Assembly (NCBI GenBank): GCA_032718475.1
Contig: JAUCBJ010006426.1
Location: forward strand, 13,498 to 77,497
Source: Nemertoderma westbladi
Lineage: Eukaryota; Animalia; Xenacoelomorpha
Direction: 5' to 3'
DNA: 64,000 nt
Shown here: positions 62,658 to 64,000 of the stretch, piece by piece
Layout: the number at the start of each line of letters is the position of its first letter
How positions within the stretch are numbered: position 1 is the stretch's first letter
Made by a program: the position numbers and the translations under genes
Notes under the pieces: model-generated
The model's database searches: none
What the model was told of the DNA's origin: nothing
The model's input: the letters and a program-made list of their open reading frames with translations, nothing else

Positions 62658-64000
62658 CGAAAATAGAGAACTTTACGGGTATACCTGCACTCTGAGTAAC
62701 TGACAGATACTGGAAATATTACAGGTTATAAGTAAAATAAGGCTATTGAAGAATAAATAGACATATTGAATCCAAACTTACAGTAGGAAAGTCATTGCGT
62801 AGCAAGAAACCGCTTTAGGACGTTTTGCTGGTGATTGTTGTGTCCTAGAAGACTTTTTGTGTGATGTCGTTACATTCAATACCACAGCATCAATGTAATG
62901 CCCCTCATATATCGGTGTGTTGTTCATTACCTCGCGCAATTACCTCATATCCGGGAGTAAGTGCGGAATACCGATCCATAGTTAAATAATTCTAGGAAAT
63001 ATATATAGATAACCAATTACTAAAATAATTTATTATTAATATTATTACAGTATTATTATTAATATACATTGCGAAATACACTGATCTTGAGTTTTTAAAT
63101 ACAAAAATCAAGATGTTCCTTATAAAAATGTATCACATCACATATTACAATATTCATAGATAGATATGCATAGGTTATTATGACAGCGGTTAAATTAACT
63201 GAGGAACAAGGGATAGTGCATAATGTTAAAGGAATTTCATTTGGAAAATATTTACAGTATAGCTTCATTAATTAAATTAATGAAGGCGTTCCTGGTTTGA
63301 CTGGGCAGCATATTATTTCAACTAGGCGGCAAAAATTCCGCCCAGTGACAATATTAAACGAGACTATGCTCAGTATTACATTACATAAGTATTATTTACC
63401 ACAATGGTACTGTCTATTCGGTGTGATTCTCCAACGTTATCGTCGTGCTATGGACCTTATGATACAAAAACAAGAATAATAATTAAAACTTACCTGTATA
63501 GAAGAACGATGTATGGGAAGAATGTATGTATGTATGTATAGAAGAACGAAATAAGATGTATGTATAGAAGAACGATGTATGAGAAAGCGAGTTGTTCTGG
63601 TTGAAATCGTTCTGGTTGAGAGAGCAAATCTGGATGCGATAATACTGTAATAATAAAAAATTATCCCTTTCCTGTCTTTATTTATATTGCCTCCTTCCTG
63701 TAACCATGTCAGTCCCGTTGATTTATGGCCCGGGGATATTAGTATTGGTTAGTTGATTATCTAAACACAGGATTCTTGTCTGCAATCTCAAACTAAGACT
63801 CACAGGAGTAGATGTGATTATTGCCTGATGTATCTTATACAACATGCTGGGAATCAGAGCTAATCTCTGTGACCTCTTCTATTGCAGTCAAAATAATTTT
63901 AAAAACAAAAATTATATTATAGGAATTTAAAGACACTGAGGGCTGACGAAAAGCATACAGCCTTAAATTGGTCAATAAAGGCTATAGCTAGAGTAGGTCA

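Noticed and set aside
62660-64000. Gene or element at the right end of the window
   Set aside because: Only short ORFs and a small gtatagaagaacga repeat; nothing supportable

Overview
This is eukaryotic (probably invertebrate) repeat-rich DNA made almost entirely of nested transposable elements, and no intact host gene is evident. From left to right it holds a PHD-finger remnant, RTE and other LINE fragments, a truncated piggyBac, and a hAT whose right TIR is split by a Ginger1-type insertion. Next come a full-length piggyBac with an RGG-repeat insertion and an 11.6-kb TIR DNA transposon (16973-28551), followed by a ~17-kb BEL/Pao LTR retrotransposon with extra ORFs, a WD40 pseudogene, several MITEs and a second decayed BEL copy. 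The standout is the 16973-28551 element, which has ~354-bp TIRs and a 5-bp ATAGG TSD confirmed by an empty-site paralog at 61594. It encodes an Academ-like DDE transposase and, convergently, a protein with a MADS-box-like domain, two PHD fingers and an AT-hook-like motif. Each TIR carries six CC(A/T)6GG CArG boxes (two of them mutated in the right TIR), the canonical MADS binding site, which suggests a two-component transposon whose ends are read by its own MADS protein. All family assignments come from motif recognition by eye; no database search was run.
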